This document shows positions 30,571 to 41,027 of a stretch of DNA of 64,000 nt, in pieces (the first letter of the stretch is position 1; each line of letters starts with the position of its first letter). The notes under the pieces were generated by a model, which saw only the letters and a program-made list of their open reading frames with translations, had not been told where the DNA came from and searched no databases. The stretch is from NCBI GenBank assembly GCA_963807605.1, contig CAWECG010000004.1, forward strand, positions 544,001-608,000, in the 5' to 3' direction. Origin of the DNA: Candidatus Bathyarchaeota archaeon. Its GTDB lineage: Archaea > Thermoproteota > Bathyarchaeia > 40CM-2-53-6 > RBG-13-38-9. The position numbers and the translations under genes were made by a program.

Positions 30571-31722
30571 TTGTTAGGGAATACGTTTGGCAGGATGTTT
30601 AGGGTCACAACATGTGGAGAATCTTACGGAATAGGTAAAGGAAGCGGCCTAGCCGTAATTGTCGACGGCGTCCCACCCGGAATGGAGATTACTGACGAAA
30701 TGATCCAGAAAGAGATGGACAAGAGACGCCCCGGACAAGGCCAACTTGATTCTCCAAGAAAAGAAACTGATCAGGTTCACATCTTTGCTGGAATCGGCCA
30801 AGACAAGATAACAACAGGTGCCCCCATAGGAATGATTGTCTACAATGTTGACACTCAACAGGTCCACATAGACCAATACCGTGGATACAAGGATCTGATC
30901 AGGCCGGGACATGCAGAATACACTTACTTTCTAAAGTATGGAGATGCCGCCGACTGGTGCGGTGCAGGCAGAGCCTCAGGAAGAGAAACGGTCGGAAGAG
31001 TTGCCGCTGGAGCTTTGGCGAAGATCATTCTCGCCCGAGATCATATTGAGGTAATCGCCTACACGAAGGAATGCATGGGAATAAGAGCCGGGGAGATGAG
31101 TTTTGAAGAGATCAAGCAGGGCTACCGCAAGAATGAGATAAATTGTCCGGATAATGAAGCAGCCGAGAAAATGATACGGAAAGTTACCGAAATAAAGAAA
31201 GAAGGAGACACTGCAGGAGGCGTCGTAGAACTAATTATTCACAATATTCCGGGCGGCTTGGGTGAACCTGTCTTCGATAAATTCAGTGCAATATTGTCGC
31301 ATGCCATAATGAGTATAGGAGCGGTTAAGGGCATTGAATTTGGAGCCGGATTCAAGTGCAGCGATATGAAGGGCTCAGAATTCAATGACCATCCTTACCT
31401 TGAAAATGGCAAAGTCAGATTCAAGACGAATAACGCGGGCGGGGTATTAGGAGGAATGACTAACGGCGAGGATGTCGTTGTTCGAGTCGCTGTAAAGCCT
31501 ACGCCAACAGTCTCCGTGGAACAACCTTCAATCAACATGAAGACACTGAAGGAAGAGATGCTAACCCCGATAACAAGAAGAGATGCAACATTGCTGGGAA
31601 GAATCTATGCTGTTATTGAAGCGATGGGCGCCATTACGACGGTAGATGCATTGTTCATGGATCGCGGCTGGGAAGGAATGACAAGACTTAACAAGAAATG
31701 GATCGATCTGAAAAGGAAATGA
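30571..31722 (+). CDS. aroC: Chorismate synthase (GESYG variant)
   Basis: RRPGQ, RPGHAE, GRASGRET, GEPVFDK, NNAGGVLGG, KPTPT. Confidence 0.92.
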   Translation: MLGNTFGRMFRVTTCGESYGIGKGSGLAVIVDGVPPGMEITDEMIQKEMDKRRPGQGQLDSPRKETDQVHIFAGIGQDKITTGAPIGMIVYNVDTQQVHIDQYRGYKDLIRPGHAEYTYFLKYGDAADWCGAGRASGRETVGRVAAGALAKIILARDHIEVIAYTKECMGIRAGEMSFEEIKQGYRKNEINCPDNEAAEKMIRKVTEIKKEGDTAGGVVELIIHNIPGGLGEPVFDKFSAILSHAIMSIGAVKGIEFGAGFKCSDMKGSEFNDHPYLENGKVRFKTNNAGGVLGGMTNGEDVVVRVAVKPTPTVSVEQPSINMKTLKEEMLTPITRRDATLLGRIYAVIEAMGAITTVDALFMDRGWEGMTRLNKKWIDLKRK

Positions 31723-31802
31723 GCATTGCCACCAATCCCGCCTTCTTTCTGCTACCTTCTCTTCATTCATTTTGAAAACATAGCCCTTGCGGGAGACCGA
31801 CG

Positions 31803-32072
31803 TTGACGGAAGAAATGGTCAAGTTAAGAAATCACATCGATGGATTAGACGATCAAATACTCACGCTCCTCGAAAAGCGTGTGACGCTGGCAAAGCGAAT
31901 TGCTTTAGTGAAGACAAAGAGCGGAATTCCTATTCGAGATGAGCAACGGGAGAAAGAATTACTGGAGAGAGTCGCCTCACAGGCCGAGAGTCTGGGACTC
32001 AATCCTGAACTTACTAGGCGGATCTTCAGAGAAATAATAGAGCTTGCCGTCGATGTTCAGAGAAGACCATAA
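31803..32072 (+). CDS. Chorismate mutase (AroQ type)
   Basis: LRNHIDGLDDQILTLLEKR...K...PIRDEQRE. Confidence 0.9.
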   Translation: MTEEMVKLRNHIDGLDDQILTLLEKRVTLAKRIALVKTKSGIPIRDEQREKELLERVASQAESLGLNPELTRRIFREIIELAVDVQRRP

Positions 32073-32126
32073 TACATACTTCAATCAGACGAAAGCTTAT
32101 TCTTCGTAAAAAGGGGTCTGACATTC

Positions 32127-32945
32127 GTGACTCATCAAGGATCATCTTCGAAGCTCACTGTTTCAATCGTCGGGGGCTCTGGTAAGATGGGCCTTCTCTT
32201 GGCCAGAATTCTGAAAGACAGAGTCCAAAGCGTGAGGATAGCCTCCCGAGACGATAGGAGAGCAGGCGAAGCTGCAGACAGCCTAGGCGTTGATTGGATA
32301 CCGCTCGAAGAGGCGCATAAGAGCACCATTATCATGGTCTCCGTTCCCATAGACCAGACTGTCAGTGTGTGTCGACGCATCGGGCGAAAAATGGAAACGC
32401 AATCCCTCCTTATCGATCTCGCGTCTGTGAAGACTGGCATCACCGACCTTATCGCGAAGAACACCCCTGACAGGATAGAATACCTCAGTCTGCACCCACT
32501 ATTTGGCCCGCAAGTTAAAGACATCAAAGGCAAGAGGTGCATTGCAATTGCCGCAAGAGGCGGCCCAATAACCGAGGAGTTCATAAAAGTCTTGACAGAA
32601 TGCGGAACAACCGTCACAAAGAGCACAGTTGAGGAGCATGACAAGGCAATGGCGGCCATCCAGGTACTTCATCACCATGCGCTTCTAACATTCTCTTCCA
32701 CTTTGAATAGAATTGCTTTTGACCAGAAACTTCCAAGATATGTAACAGAATCCTTGGAGAGAACTCTTCAGAATCTTGAGGGCATGCAAGAAAGCTGGGA
32801 GACGATATCTAGTATTCAAAAGCGTAATCCGCATGCACAAAAGGTAAGAGAGGCTTTCGTCGAGAGCGCCAATGAGTTGGTCACGTTTAATGAGAATCTA
32901 AAGACCAATCTCCACCGTGCCGTCTCATTGTTGCGATCCCCGTAG
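32127..32945 (+). CDS. tyrA: Prephenate dehydrogenase
   Basis: GGSGKMG, DLASVK, HPLFGP, EHDKAMAAIQ. Confidence 0.9.
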   Translation: MTHQGSSSKLTVSIVGGSGKMGLLLARILKDRVQSVRIASRDDRRAGEAADSLGVDWIPLEEAHKSTIIMVSVPIDQTVSVCRRIGRKMETQSLLIDLASVKTGITDLIAKNTPDRIEYLSLHPLFGPQVKDIKGKRCIAIAARGGPITEEFIKVLTECGTTVTKSTVEEHDKAMAAIQVLHHHALLTFSSTLNRIAFDQKLPRYVTESLERTLQNLEGMQESWETISSIQKRNPHAQKVREAFVESANELVTFNENLKTNLHRAVSLLRSP

Positions 32946-32949
32946 AAGC

Positions 32950-34334
32950 TTGACACTCCCCTGCCTAAAGACAGGGGATTCTAGCTTCTATCATGTTCAT
33001 CGGTTGATGGGTCATAGCGTTGTTGCGCTCCCACCTCATTCCATCCCACTTTAGAAGGTTAGGTCGTGTCATCGCCCTGTTAATGACTCCCGCAGGGAGC
33101 TTAACACCCTGAGTGAGTCCTATATTTACAACACCAATAGCATCCCTATGAGCCTCCAATCCACAGTTAAGGCATTTGAAGAGTCTACCTTTTCTCTCAA
33201 TACTTTCTGACCCACATCTCACGCATCTGCTTGAAGTCTTGTATTCACTGACTTCTTTGACCCGTATCCCATACTCCTGCGCTGTATGTTCCAGTCTTTG
33301 AATAATATAGTTGAAACTCCAGAAGTTGTGGATCATTGAATTGCTCTTCTTGCCTTTGCTATTGTCATCTCTGATGCCTGTTAGGTCTCCTATCACAATC
33401 TTTGAAACACCGAGATCATATAGATCTCTTACCATGACCCTTATCATGGTGTTGATGGCCTGCCTGAATCTCCGTTGCCTTATACTGTAGAGTTTGCTGA
33501 GTCGCTTCGAACTCTTCTTGCCGTTGACTGCTTCAAGCATGCTCTGGCAATCCGCTATTCTCCTATTCCAGTACCACCAATCTGCTAGGAGGTTTCTTCC
33601 ATTGTATGCTATTGGTTGTCTCCATCCTTCAAGCCAGATGGTGAACAGGTTGATTATGCCGGGGTCGATGTAGCATGTCTTGGAGCCTTTCGGCTTAAAC
33701 AATGGCTTTACCTTTACAGCCTGAAAGACACGCCACTTCCCATCAACCTCATCATAGATGACCTCGGCCTTTCCCTGCTTGCCACCCCATCTTGTCTTGC
33801 CTCGGATGGTTATTTTCATCTTCTTGGGTAGTTTCATCACTCCATCCTTCAGGCTGTAGATGTCGTTTCTCAGAACCATCATCAGCTTGTATTTTCCATC
33901 TCGCTTCCAGTATCCAGGCATACACACCTTCTCAATATTTAGTGGCAGTCTGCCTTCTCGCTCCAGCTGCTTTAATGCGAAGAAGCTCCTCCATGACTCG
34001 TTGCTCTTCCTGATGATCTGTTGAGATGTCGCCGAATCGATTAGTGGTGTGTACTTTCGATAGAGGTCTTTGCATCTCCAATCTAGGGGTTGATAGTTCA
34101 TGTATGCCTGTCTTTTGCGGTAGGTTGCCTCATTCCAAAGTTTGGCACAGTTGGTGGCTTTATTCCTCAGTGTTCTTTCTTGCTCCATTGTTGGGGCAAG
34201 GATGAAGGTGTTGGTTCTCCGCATGAAACTACCTGTATTATTATTGAAACACCAAGACATTTAAGCCCCAGACGTCTCACTCTGGTTGCAATTCATCCCA
34301 CCCCTGAAGGGGTGGGCTTTCTTGCTAGTTCAAT
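32950..34334 (-). mobile_element. IS200/IS605 TnpB-only element, family A copy 2
   Basis: Left end TTAC|ATTGAACTAGCAAGAAAG-hairpin; right end GAAT-CCCCTGTCTTTAGGCAGGGG-AGTGTCAA. Confidence 0.9.
32965..34224 (-). CDS. tnpB: TnpB family A (rearranged RuvC-II)
   Basis: YIDPG, VIGDL, VSEYKTS, CVRCG...CLNCG, RDAIG. Confidence 0.92.
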   Translation of the reverse strand: MRRTNTFILAPTMEQERTLRNKATNCAKLWNEATYRKRQAYMNYQPLDWRCKDLYRKYTPLIDSATSQQIIRKSNESWRSFFALKQLEREGRLPLNIEKVCMPGYWKRDGKYKLMMVLRNDIYSLKDGVMKLPKKMKITIRGKTRWGGKQGKAEVIYDEVDGKWRVFQAVKVKPLFKPKGSKTCYIDPGIINLFTIWLEGWRQPIAYNGRNLLADWWYWNRRIADCQSMLEAVNGKKSSKRLSKLYSIRQRRFRQAINTMIRVMVRDLYDLGVSKIVIGDLTGIRDDNSKGKKSNSMIHNFWSFNYIIQRLEHTAQEYGIRVKEVSEYKTSSRCVRCGSESIERKGRLFKCLNCGLEAHRDAIGVVNIGLTQGVKLPAGVINRAMTRPNLLKWDGMRWERNNAMTHQPMNMIEARIPCL

Positions 34335-34725
34335 GTAAAGTCACTGAGTACTCCATAAAAGTTATACGCTATTGCTCACCTACTGTAGTCAGGTGTCATT
34401 GAATTGTGCGAGTCATCTGAGGAGCCGAGGTGGACGACTTGGCTACTGTTCGGCTGCTCCAATTCCGAGGAACATCCGGACGACGCTGAGAAGGGAATTG
34501 CTGTCATAACCAACGATATGAGGACGCAGCAGGTCACGGCAGTCATGGAGGAGCGGATATGCAGCCTGTGCGGAGCACCCTTTGAGACCATTGGCGAAGA
34601 GAGCGCGCTAACACCCTACTTGAACCTTGATATTGAACGATTTCGATCCTGATGGCTACGCAATACTGAAGGATGACGAGATCACAGGCTGACTATTATC
34701 AGAGGAGGACGTCGGCCGTGCAACG

Positions 34726-36630
34726 CTAGGCTTTGCCTAGCCGCCTAGCGATCTCTTCTCTCAGTATTTCACTTACCTTCTTTGCCTCCACCTTACCCCT
34801 AACTTCCGACATAATTATATTCATTAATCTTCCAGTCGATGATCCGCCTTCTTGTTTCAGCAGCTCAGTATTCCTTTCAAGTAAGGCATTCACTCTGTCT
34901 CTCAATTCATTATCTGAGATAGTGGCCAGACCAAGTCCTTCAACAGCGTTCTTGACATCTGCCCCTGGTTTTTGAGCTAGCCATTTCAGAAGGTCAGGAA
35001 CCGACTCCTTCGCAGTTAGATTTGAATCAACTGCTTTGAAGACTTCGATAATCTTCTCGTCGCTAAGATTCTCTGTCGGAACCCCTTCTCTGTTGAGACT
35101 TTTGATTATCTCTGTTAGGCTGGTGGCTACGAATGATGGGGCGACACCGGTGTCCCGCGTGATATTTTCGAAGAGTTGCAAGTAATCAGAGTTTACCAGC
35201 TGCTCGGCCAGTTTCTTGTTAATCTTGTAGGTCGCGGCCAGCTGGTTTACAATATCATCTGGCATGGTTGGAAGGCTCATTCTTAATCTAGAAAGCCTCT
35301 CTTCAGTCACGGTCACTGGAGGCACATCAGTCTCCGGATACATTCTTGCGGCGCCGGGCCTTGGCCGCATATATCTGCTTGTTCCATCATCATTAGCAGC
35401 ACGAGTTTCTTCTGGAACGCCGGTGAGACATTCCCTTGCCCTCTCGATCACCGCTCTCAGAGCTTCCTGAGCTCTCTCTTCAGAATCGGCAACAAAGGCG
35501 ACTGCGTCATCTTCTGATGCGTTCAGCTTCTTCCTGAGTTCAAGCACCTCTTCTTGGGATATACCGTAGTTCGGCAACTCGTCTGTGTGGAAGATTCCAC
35601 CAACCCCTCCCCAGTAGATTGCCCTCTGAGCCATCTCCGTCCCTAGTCTATGGCCGTTCTGAAGCTCTGCACCCAGCAATCCTCTGTATCTCGGAAGCAT
35701 AACTGCCAGAACTATTCCTCCTTTCTTAAGAGTTGATGACAGAACCTTGGACTTAGTCTCGGCGAATATTGCTGAGACTTCCAGGAATTCCCTTTTCAAA
35801 TCGTTCTCTTTAACGCCTCTAGCCTCGAGTTCATTTTTGATCTTTAGAAGTGCAAGTTGTCTCGCTACCTCGCCCTCAACAATTTTGGGTATTAGTTCAA
35901 GCTTCTGTACGCCTTTGATCTCTATGAGTGCACCTTGTCTCGTCGAGATGTTGAGGTCTTGGCGTATTGTTCCAAGTCCTCTCTTGACCCTTCTTGTCGC
36001 CCTCAACAATCTCCCTATTTCCAGGGCGACCTCTTCAGCCTCTTCAGGTGACTTTATGGAGGGTGCTGTTGCAATCTCTATGAGTGGGATTCCAAGTCTA
36101 TCGATTCTGTAGGTTGTGATCTGTCCAGACTCTGCAATCTTCCTGGCTGCGTCTTCTTCTACGCTCAGATGTTGGATTCCTACCTTCTCATTCTTTCCTA
36201 TGACGCCACCTAGAGAGATTACGCATGTTCTCTGGAAACCTGTCGTGTTTGAGCCGTCTATGACTATCTTTCTCATCACGTGTATCTCGTCTACAGGTTT
36301 CGAATTCATAAGCAAAGATGCTGTGAGGGCGACGTCGATCGCCTCCTCATTCAGTTTGTGCGGAGGCTCCTCATCCATTTCAACAAGACATGAAGTATCG
36401 CTGGACACTTCATACTCTATTGTTCTCTCTTTCTTGAATTCGAACAGTGCTGCTTGGTCGACTTGGCCCAACTCGCTCTGGGTGGGTCTGAGTATCCGAG
36501 TGAAATTTATGTTGGGTTTCTCAGAGAGCTCTGTGGGGCAGCTGCAAAAGAGCTTGTGTCTCGTGTCTAGTTGTTGGTGTATCTCCAGTCCTACTTTCAG
36601 TCCAATCTCTTGATAGTCAACATTCACCAA
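34726..36630 (-). CDS. gatE: Glu-tRNA(Gln) amidotransferase subunit E
   Basis: GLEIHQQL, DEEPPH, DGSNTTGFQRT, DRLGIPLIE, RPGAARMYPETD. Confidence 0.97.
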   Translation of the reverse strand: MVNVDYQEIGLKVGLEIHQQLDTRHKLFCSCPTELSEKPNINFTRILRPTQSELGQVDQAALFEFKKERTIEYEVSSDTSCLVEMDEEPPHKLNEEAIDVALTASLLMNSKPVDEIHVMRKIVIDGSNTTGFQRTCVISLGGVIGKNEKVGIQHLSVEEDAARKIAESGQITTYRIDRLGIPLIEIATAPSIKSPEEAEEVALEIGRLLRATRRVKRGLGTIRQDLNISTRQGALIEIKGVQKLELIPKIVEGEVARQLALLKIKNELEARGVKENDLKREFLEVSAIFAETKSKVLSSTLKKGGIVLAVMLPRYRGLLGAELQNGHRLGTEMAQRAIYWGGVGGIFHTDELPNYGISQEEVLELRKKLNASEDDAVAFVADSEERAQEALRAVIERARECLTGVPEETRAANDDGTSRYMRPRPGAARMYPETDVPPVTVTEERLSRLRMSLPTMPDDIVNQLAATYKINKKLAEQLVNSDYLQLFENITRDTGVAPSFVATSLTEIIKSLNREGVPTENLSDEKIIEVFKAVDSNLTAKESVPDLLKWLAQKPGADVKNAVEGLGLATISDNELRDRVNALLERNTELLKQEGGSSTGRLMNIIMSEVRGKVEAKKVSEILREEIARRLGKA

Positions 36631-37967
36631 ATTGAGTCCTCGGGCATAGTTCTTTGAGTAATCTCTCTGGCTATGTTTGTAGTGAGAATGTTCTTGACCT
36701 TCTCGAGATTTTTTGTTTGACCCAGTGCCCACATTGTCTTGACCAGAGCTGTTTCTGGGAGCATGTCCTCTAAAGGCACCACTCCTAGGTCCAAAAGGTC
36801 GCGGCCTGTAGCATAGACGTTCATGTTGACTCTACCCCAGAGGCACTGTGAAGTCATCCCAACTAGTGTGCCTCTTTCAATCGCTTCTTGGATAGACTCT
36901 TGGAGATTTTTGCTCACGTGTCCTAGACCCGTGCCTTCGAGAACTATTCCCGAGTATCGTTCATCGTTTGCCCATTTGATTATTGCATCACTCATTCCGG
37001 GGTAGAACTTCAGCAAGAGGACTTTCTCGTTGAAGTTTGTCCTTAATTCAAGTCTTCTCGTGGGATCCCGCCTGGAGTAATCGGAACAAATCATCTCAAG
37101 CGAGGCGGTCTGCAGATCATAAGCTGCGAGTGGGGGGGAATTTATAGATTTGAAAGCGTACCGACTGCTTGTATGGCATTTCCTAACTTTTGTCCCTCTA
37201 TGAACTGTAATGGTCTTGTCTGAGGAACCACCATGCATTGCGACCGCCACTTCCGCGAAGGGGGCCTTTGAGGCCATGGCCACTGCACCCATAAGGTTGG
37301 AGGCAGCGTCTGAGCTCGGCCTGTCTGAAGATCTTTGGGAACCGACGAGGATGACAGGAACGGGAAGGTTTCCTAGAATGAAGCTCAGAGCCGCTGACGT
37401 GTAAGCCATCGTGTCCGTTCCATGACAGACAACAACGCCATGTGTACCGGACTTCACAGCCTCCGAGATCTCTTGGGCCATTCCGACCCAATGCCTCGGC
37501 GCCATGTTCTCGCTTAACTCACTATAGAGAATATGAGCGTTTACATCGGCCAACTCAGAGAGTTCGGGAACAGCGCTGTATAGATCGGCGGCAGATAGGG
37601 CGGGTTGAACCGCTCCTGTCCTATAGTCAACTCTGCTTGCTATTGTCCCTCCTGTGCTGATTATGTCGATCCGTTCGAGTCCCTTCTTGCCTGATGGTTG
37701 GATCGTGCTTGTAAAGGCAGGCTTAGCCCCGATCCCAATCCGTTCGATCTTACTCACTGATGATATATTGACCCCAATATTGTAGCCGCTTCCAATCTTG
37801 ATGACCACGTGGAGATCATCCCCTGACTCTGATCGGGGCATCAGTCCCCCTTTGTAGATCTCCCCGTCCTTAACGATTCTTATCCTATCACCTATCGAGG
37901 TTTTTGCATCACTGAGAATCTTGTAGGCTCTTCCAGTGTAGCCCTTCAGCTCATCAGTAGACTGCAA
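36624..37967 (-). CDS. gatD: Glu-tRNA(Gln) amidotransferase subunit D
   Basis: TGGTIASRVDYRTG, HGTDT, QRSSDRPSSD, KCHTSSR. Confidence 0.97.
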   Translation of the reverse strand: MQSTDELKGYTGRAYKILSDAKTSIGDRIRIVKDGEIYKGGLMPRSESGDDLHVVIKIGSGYNIGVNISSVSKIERIGIGAKPAFTSTIQPSGKKGLERIDIISTGGTIASRVDYRTGAVQPALSAADLYSAVPELSELADVNAHILYSELSENMAPRHWVGMAQEISEAVKSGTHGVVVCHGTDTMAYTSAALSFILGNLPVPVILVGSQRSSDRPSSDAASNLMGAVAMASKAPFAEVAVAMHGGSSDKTITVHRGTKVRKCHTSSRYAFKSINSPPLAAYDLQTASLEMICSDYSRRDPTRRLELRTNFNEKVLLLKFYPGMSDAIIKWANDERYSGIVLEGTGLGHVSKNLQESIQEAIERGTLVGMTSQCLWGRVNMNVYATGRDLLDLGVVPLEDMLPETALVKTMWALGQTKNLEKVKNILTTNIAREITQRTMPEDSIW

Positions 37968-37982
37968 GTCTTCATCTCACCG

Positions 37983-39602
37983 CTACTCGGTATCAGCCCT
38001 AGTTTCCGGCTCATGCAGGCTCTTTGACATGTAGGGACCCTCTAGAGAATATCCAGACTTCATAAAGTATCTTCTCGAGCCAAGGGCGCTCGTCACAAGA
38101 ATCTTCCTGCACCCATAGTTGCTAGCAGCTATCTCCTCGGCCTTACCCAGGAGACGGGATCCAAACCCCTTATGCTGCCACACATCTGGAACCGACTCTC
38201 CAACTGGGACTAGGGGACCTAGGACGTGTATTTCGCGTATTATACCAGCTGCTTTTCCTGCAATCTCTTTTCTGTGAGCACTATCTGAAGGTATTCTCAG
38301 TCTAGTGTAGCCGACTAAACACCCAGAGTCAGGATCTTCTATTGAGATGAACACTTCCATACCTTCTGATGCCTCGTATGTGCGAGTCATGAGCCTCAGA
38401 TTGTCTGTCTGGGGAAGGTGTTCTTTTCTTCTGAGTCTGTGTCCTACCTCTCTGCATCTGATGCATCTGCACTTCAGGCCTTTCTCACTCATCGTCTTGA
38501 GGACCATCTCTCGAAGATTTCCTCTCTTAACACCTGCGAGGATAAGGTAGGCGGGAATATCCCTCTGTATCCGCATTATCCTAATCCACGGTGGAACCAT
38601 CTTCTTGATCTGACTTAGAAGCTCAATCGATTCTTCAAGCTCGTATGGACGGTATGATCCTTTAAGCCACCAATTATGAAGCTTGGTTCCTTTCAACACG
38701 AGGCAGGGGTAGATCTTCAACATATCGGGCTTGAGTCTTGGATCTTCGAAGAGCCTCCTGAAGGCTTCAAGATCCCTCTGAGCATTGGAGCCGGGTAGAC
38801 CGGGCATCATATGAGCAACAATCTTCAAGCCTGAGTCCTTCAAGGTCTGGAATGACTCTATGACTGCGTCCAAGTGGTGACCTCTATCGACCAAATCATA
38901 GACGTCGTCGTAGAGGTTCTGAACCCCCACCTCTACTCTGGTAACGCCCATTAAGAGCATATTGTCGACGTCATCTTTCTTCGTATAGTCCGGTCGTGTC
39001 TCGACTGTTATTCCAACGTTTCTGTTCTTGCTCCACGTAGCTTTCTCCATAGCATCTTCCAGAGATCTTGACGGTTTCTCCGTAATGGCGTCAAGACATC
39101 CTTTGATGAATGATCTTTGATATTCGATCGGCGAGGCTGGGAAGGTCCCTCCCTGAATTATGAGCTCAATCTTACTGGTGCTATGTCCTATCGCCTTGAG
39201 TTGGTCCAATCTGCTTCTGACCTGCAGGAATGGGTCGAACATGTTCTGCAGTCCTCTCATCGCAGCAGGCTCTTTTCCCGTATAGCTGGAAGGTACACCT
39301 TGCTCGTGTGGACAGTAAGCGCATCTCCCGTGAGGGCAGTCACGTGGTTGACTCATCACAGAGATGATGTTTACGCCGGAGAGGCTCCTTACTCGTTTAA
39401 GTTGGAGAACGGAGAGAAGACTGGCCCGTTCACTTTGAGACGCAAGAGATAGGATTTCTGAGTTCTTGGGCAGAAACTCAAGGTGATGATGCTTGCTGGA
39501 TTCGAGCTTCAACTTGTTAACATCAACCGTCCCGCTTGGATTTTCTATCAGCTTATCAAGTACTTCTCGACATACAGCGCTCCGGACTACTGAGGTCTTC
39601 AT
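37983..39602 (-). CDS. elp3: Elp3 tRNA uridine(34) acetyltransferase (radical SAM + GNAT)
   Basis: CPHGRCAYCP, QGGTF, ETRPD, KIYP, RIQRDIP, WQHKGFG. Confidence 0.95.
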   Translation of the reverse strand: MKTSVVRSAVCREVLDKLIENPSGTVDVNKLKLESSKHHHLEFLPKNSEILSLASQSERASLLSVLQLKRVRSLSGVNIISVMSQPRDCPHGRCAYCPHEQGVPSSYTGKEPAAMRGLQNMFDPFLQVRSRLDQLKAIGHSTSKIELIIQGGTFPASPIEYQRSFIKGCLDAITEKPSRSLEDAMEKATWSKNRNVGITVETRPDYTKKDDVDNMLLMGVTRVEVGVQNLYDDVYDLVDRGHHLDAVIESFQTLKDSGLKIVAHMMPGLPGSNAQRDLEAFRRLFEDPRLKPDMLKIYPCLVLKGTKLHNWWLKGSYRPYELEESIELLSQIKKMVPPWIRIMRIQRDIPAYLILAGVKRGNLREMVLKTMSEKGLKCRCIRCREVGHRLRRKEHLPQTDNLRLMTRTYEASEGMEVFISIEDPDSGCLVGYTRLRIPSDSAHRKEIAGKAAGIIREIHVLGPLVPVGESVPDVWQHKGFGSRLLGKAEEIAASNYGCRKILVTSALGSRRYFMKSGYSLEGPYMSKSLHEPETRADTE

Positions 39603-39643
39603 TGAGTTCTACGGCCACCCATGGAGTCAAGTGAGTTTAATCC

Positions 39644-41027
39644 TTGACACTCCCCTGCCTAAAGACAGGGGATTCTAGCTTCTATCATGTTCATCGGTTG
39701 ATGGGTCATAGCGTTGTTGCGCTCCCACCTCATTCCATCCCACTTTAGAAGGTTAGGGCGTGTCATCGCCCTGTTAATGACTCCCGCAGGGAGCTTAACC
39801 CCCTGAGTGAGTCCTATATTTACAACACCAATAGCATCCCTATTTGCTTCTAGTCCACAATTAAGGCATTTGAAGAGTCTGCCTTTCCTTTCAATGTTTT
39901 CTGACCCACATCTCACGCATTTGCTCGAAGTCTTGTATTCGCTGACTTCTTTGATCCGTATCCTATACTCTTGCGCTGTATGTTTCAGTCTTTGAATGAT
40001 GTAGTTGAAGCTCCAGAAGTTGTGGATTATGGCGTTGCTCTTCTTTCCTTTATCGTTGCCGTCTCTGATGCCTGTTAGGTCTCCTATCACAATCTTTGAA
40101 ACACCGAGATCATATAGATCTCTTACCATGTTTCTTATCATGGCATTGATGGCTTGCCTGAATCTCCGTTGTCTCATCCTATACAGTTTGCTGAGTCGCT
40201 TCGAACTTTTCTTGCCGTTGACTGCTTCAAGTCTGCTCTGACATTCCGCTATTCTAGTGACCCAGTACCACCAATCAGAGAGTAGATTTCTACCACTGTA
40301 TGCTACTGGTTGCCTCCATCCTTCAAGCCAGATGGTGAACAGGTTAATGATACCGATGTCGATGTAGCATGTCTTGGAGCCTTGCGGCTTAAACAATGGC
40401 TTTACCTTTACAGCCTGAAAGACACGCCACTTCCCATCAACCTCATCATAGATGACCTCGGCCTTTCCCTGCTTCCCACTCCATGTGGGTTTGCCTTGGA
40501 TGGGTATCTTCAACTTCTTTGGTAGCTTCATCGCTCCATCCTTCAGGCTGTAGATGTCGTTTCTCAGAACCATCATCAGCCTGTATTTTCCATCTCGCTT
40601 CCAGAAGCCAGGCGTACACACCTTCTCAATATTTAGTGGCAGTCTGCCTTCTCGCTCCAGCTGCTTTAATGCGAAGAAGCTCCTCCATGACTCGTTGCTC
40701 TTCCTGATGATCTGTTGAGATGTCGCCGAATCGATTAGTGGTGTATACTTTCGATAGAGGTCTTTGTACTCCCAATTTAGGGGTTGATAGTTCATGTATG
40801 CCTGTCTTTTGCGGTAGGTTGCCTCGTTCCAAAGTTTGGCACAGTTGGTAGCTTTATCCCTCAGTATCTTCTCTTGCTCCGCTGTTGGATCAAGGATGAA
40901 GGTGTTGGTTCTCTGCATGAAACTACCAGTATTATTATTGAAACACCAGACATTTAAGCCCCAAACGTCTCACTCTGGTCGCAATTCATCCCACCCCTGA
41001 AGGGGTGAGCTTTCTTGCTAGTTCAAT
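39644..41027 (-). mobile_element. IS200/IS605 TnpB-only element, family A copy 3
   Basis: Same ends as copy 2; TTAC target at 41028-41031. Confidence 0.9.
39659..40918 (-). CDS. tnpB: TnpB family A (rearranged RuvC-II)
   Basis: YIDIG, VIGDL, VSEYKTS, zinc finger, RDAIG. Confidence 0.92.
   Translation of the reverse strand: MQRTNTFILDPTAEQEKILRDKATNCAKLWNEATYRKRQAYMNYQPLNWEYKDLYRKYTPLIDSATSQQIIRKSNESWRSFFALKQLEREGRLPLNIEKVCTPGFWKRDGKYRLMMVLRNDIYSLKDGAMKLPKKLKIPIQGKPTWSGKQGKAEVIYDEVDGKWRVFQAVKVKPLFKPQGSKTCYIDIGIINLFTIWLEGWRQPVAYSGRNLLSDWWYWVTRIAECQSRLEAVNGKKSSKRLSKLYRMRQRRFRQAINAMIRNMVRDLYDLGVSKIVIGDLTGIRDGNDKGKKSNAIIHNFWSFNYIIQRLKHTAQEYRIRIKEVSEYKTSSKCVRCGSENIERKGRLFKCLNCGLEANRDAIGVVNIGLTQGVKLPAGVINRAMTRPNLLKWDGMRWERNNAMTHQPMNMIEARIPCL

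Noticed and set aside
32965-34224. Nuclease-dead TnpB (TldR-like)
   Set aside because: The missing RuvC-II Glu is explained by the alternative Glu, and guides are copy-specific flanks rather than a fixed target
34376-34652. Small ORFs between the IS and gatE
   Set aside because: No recognisable family or clear start context
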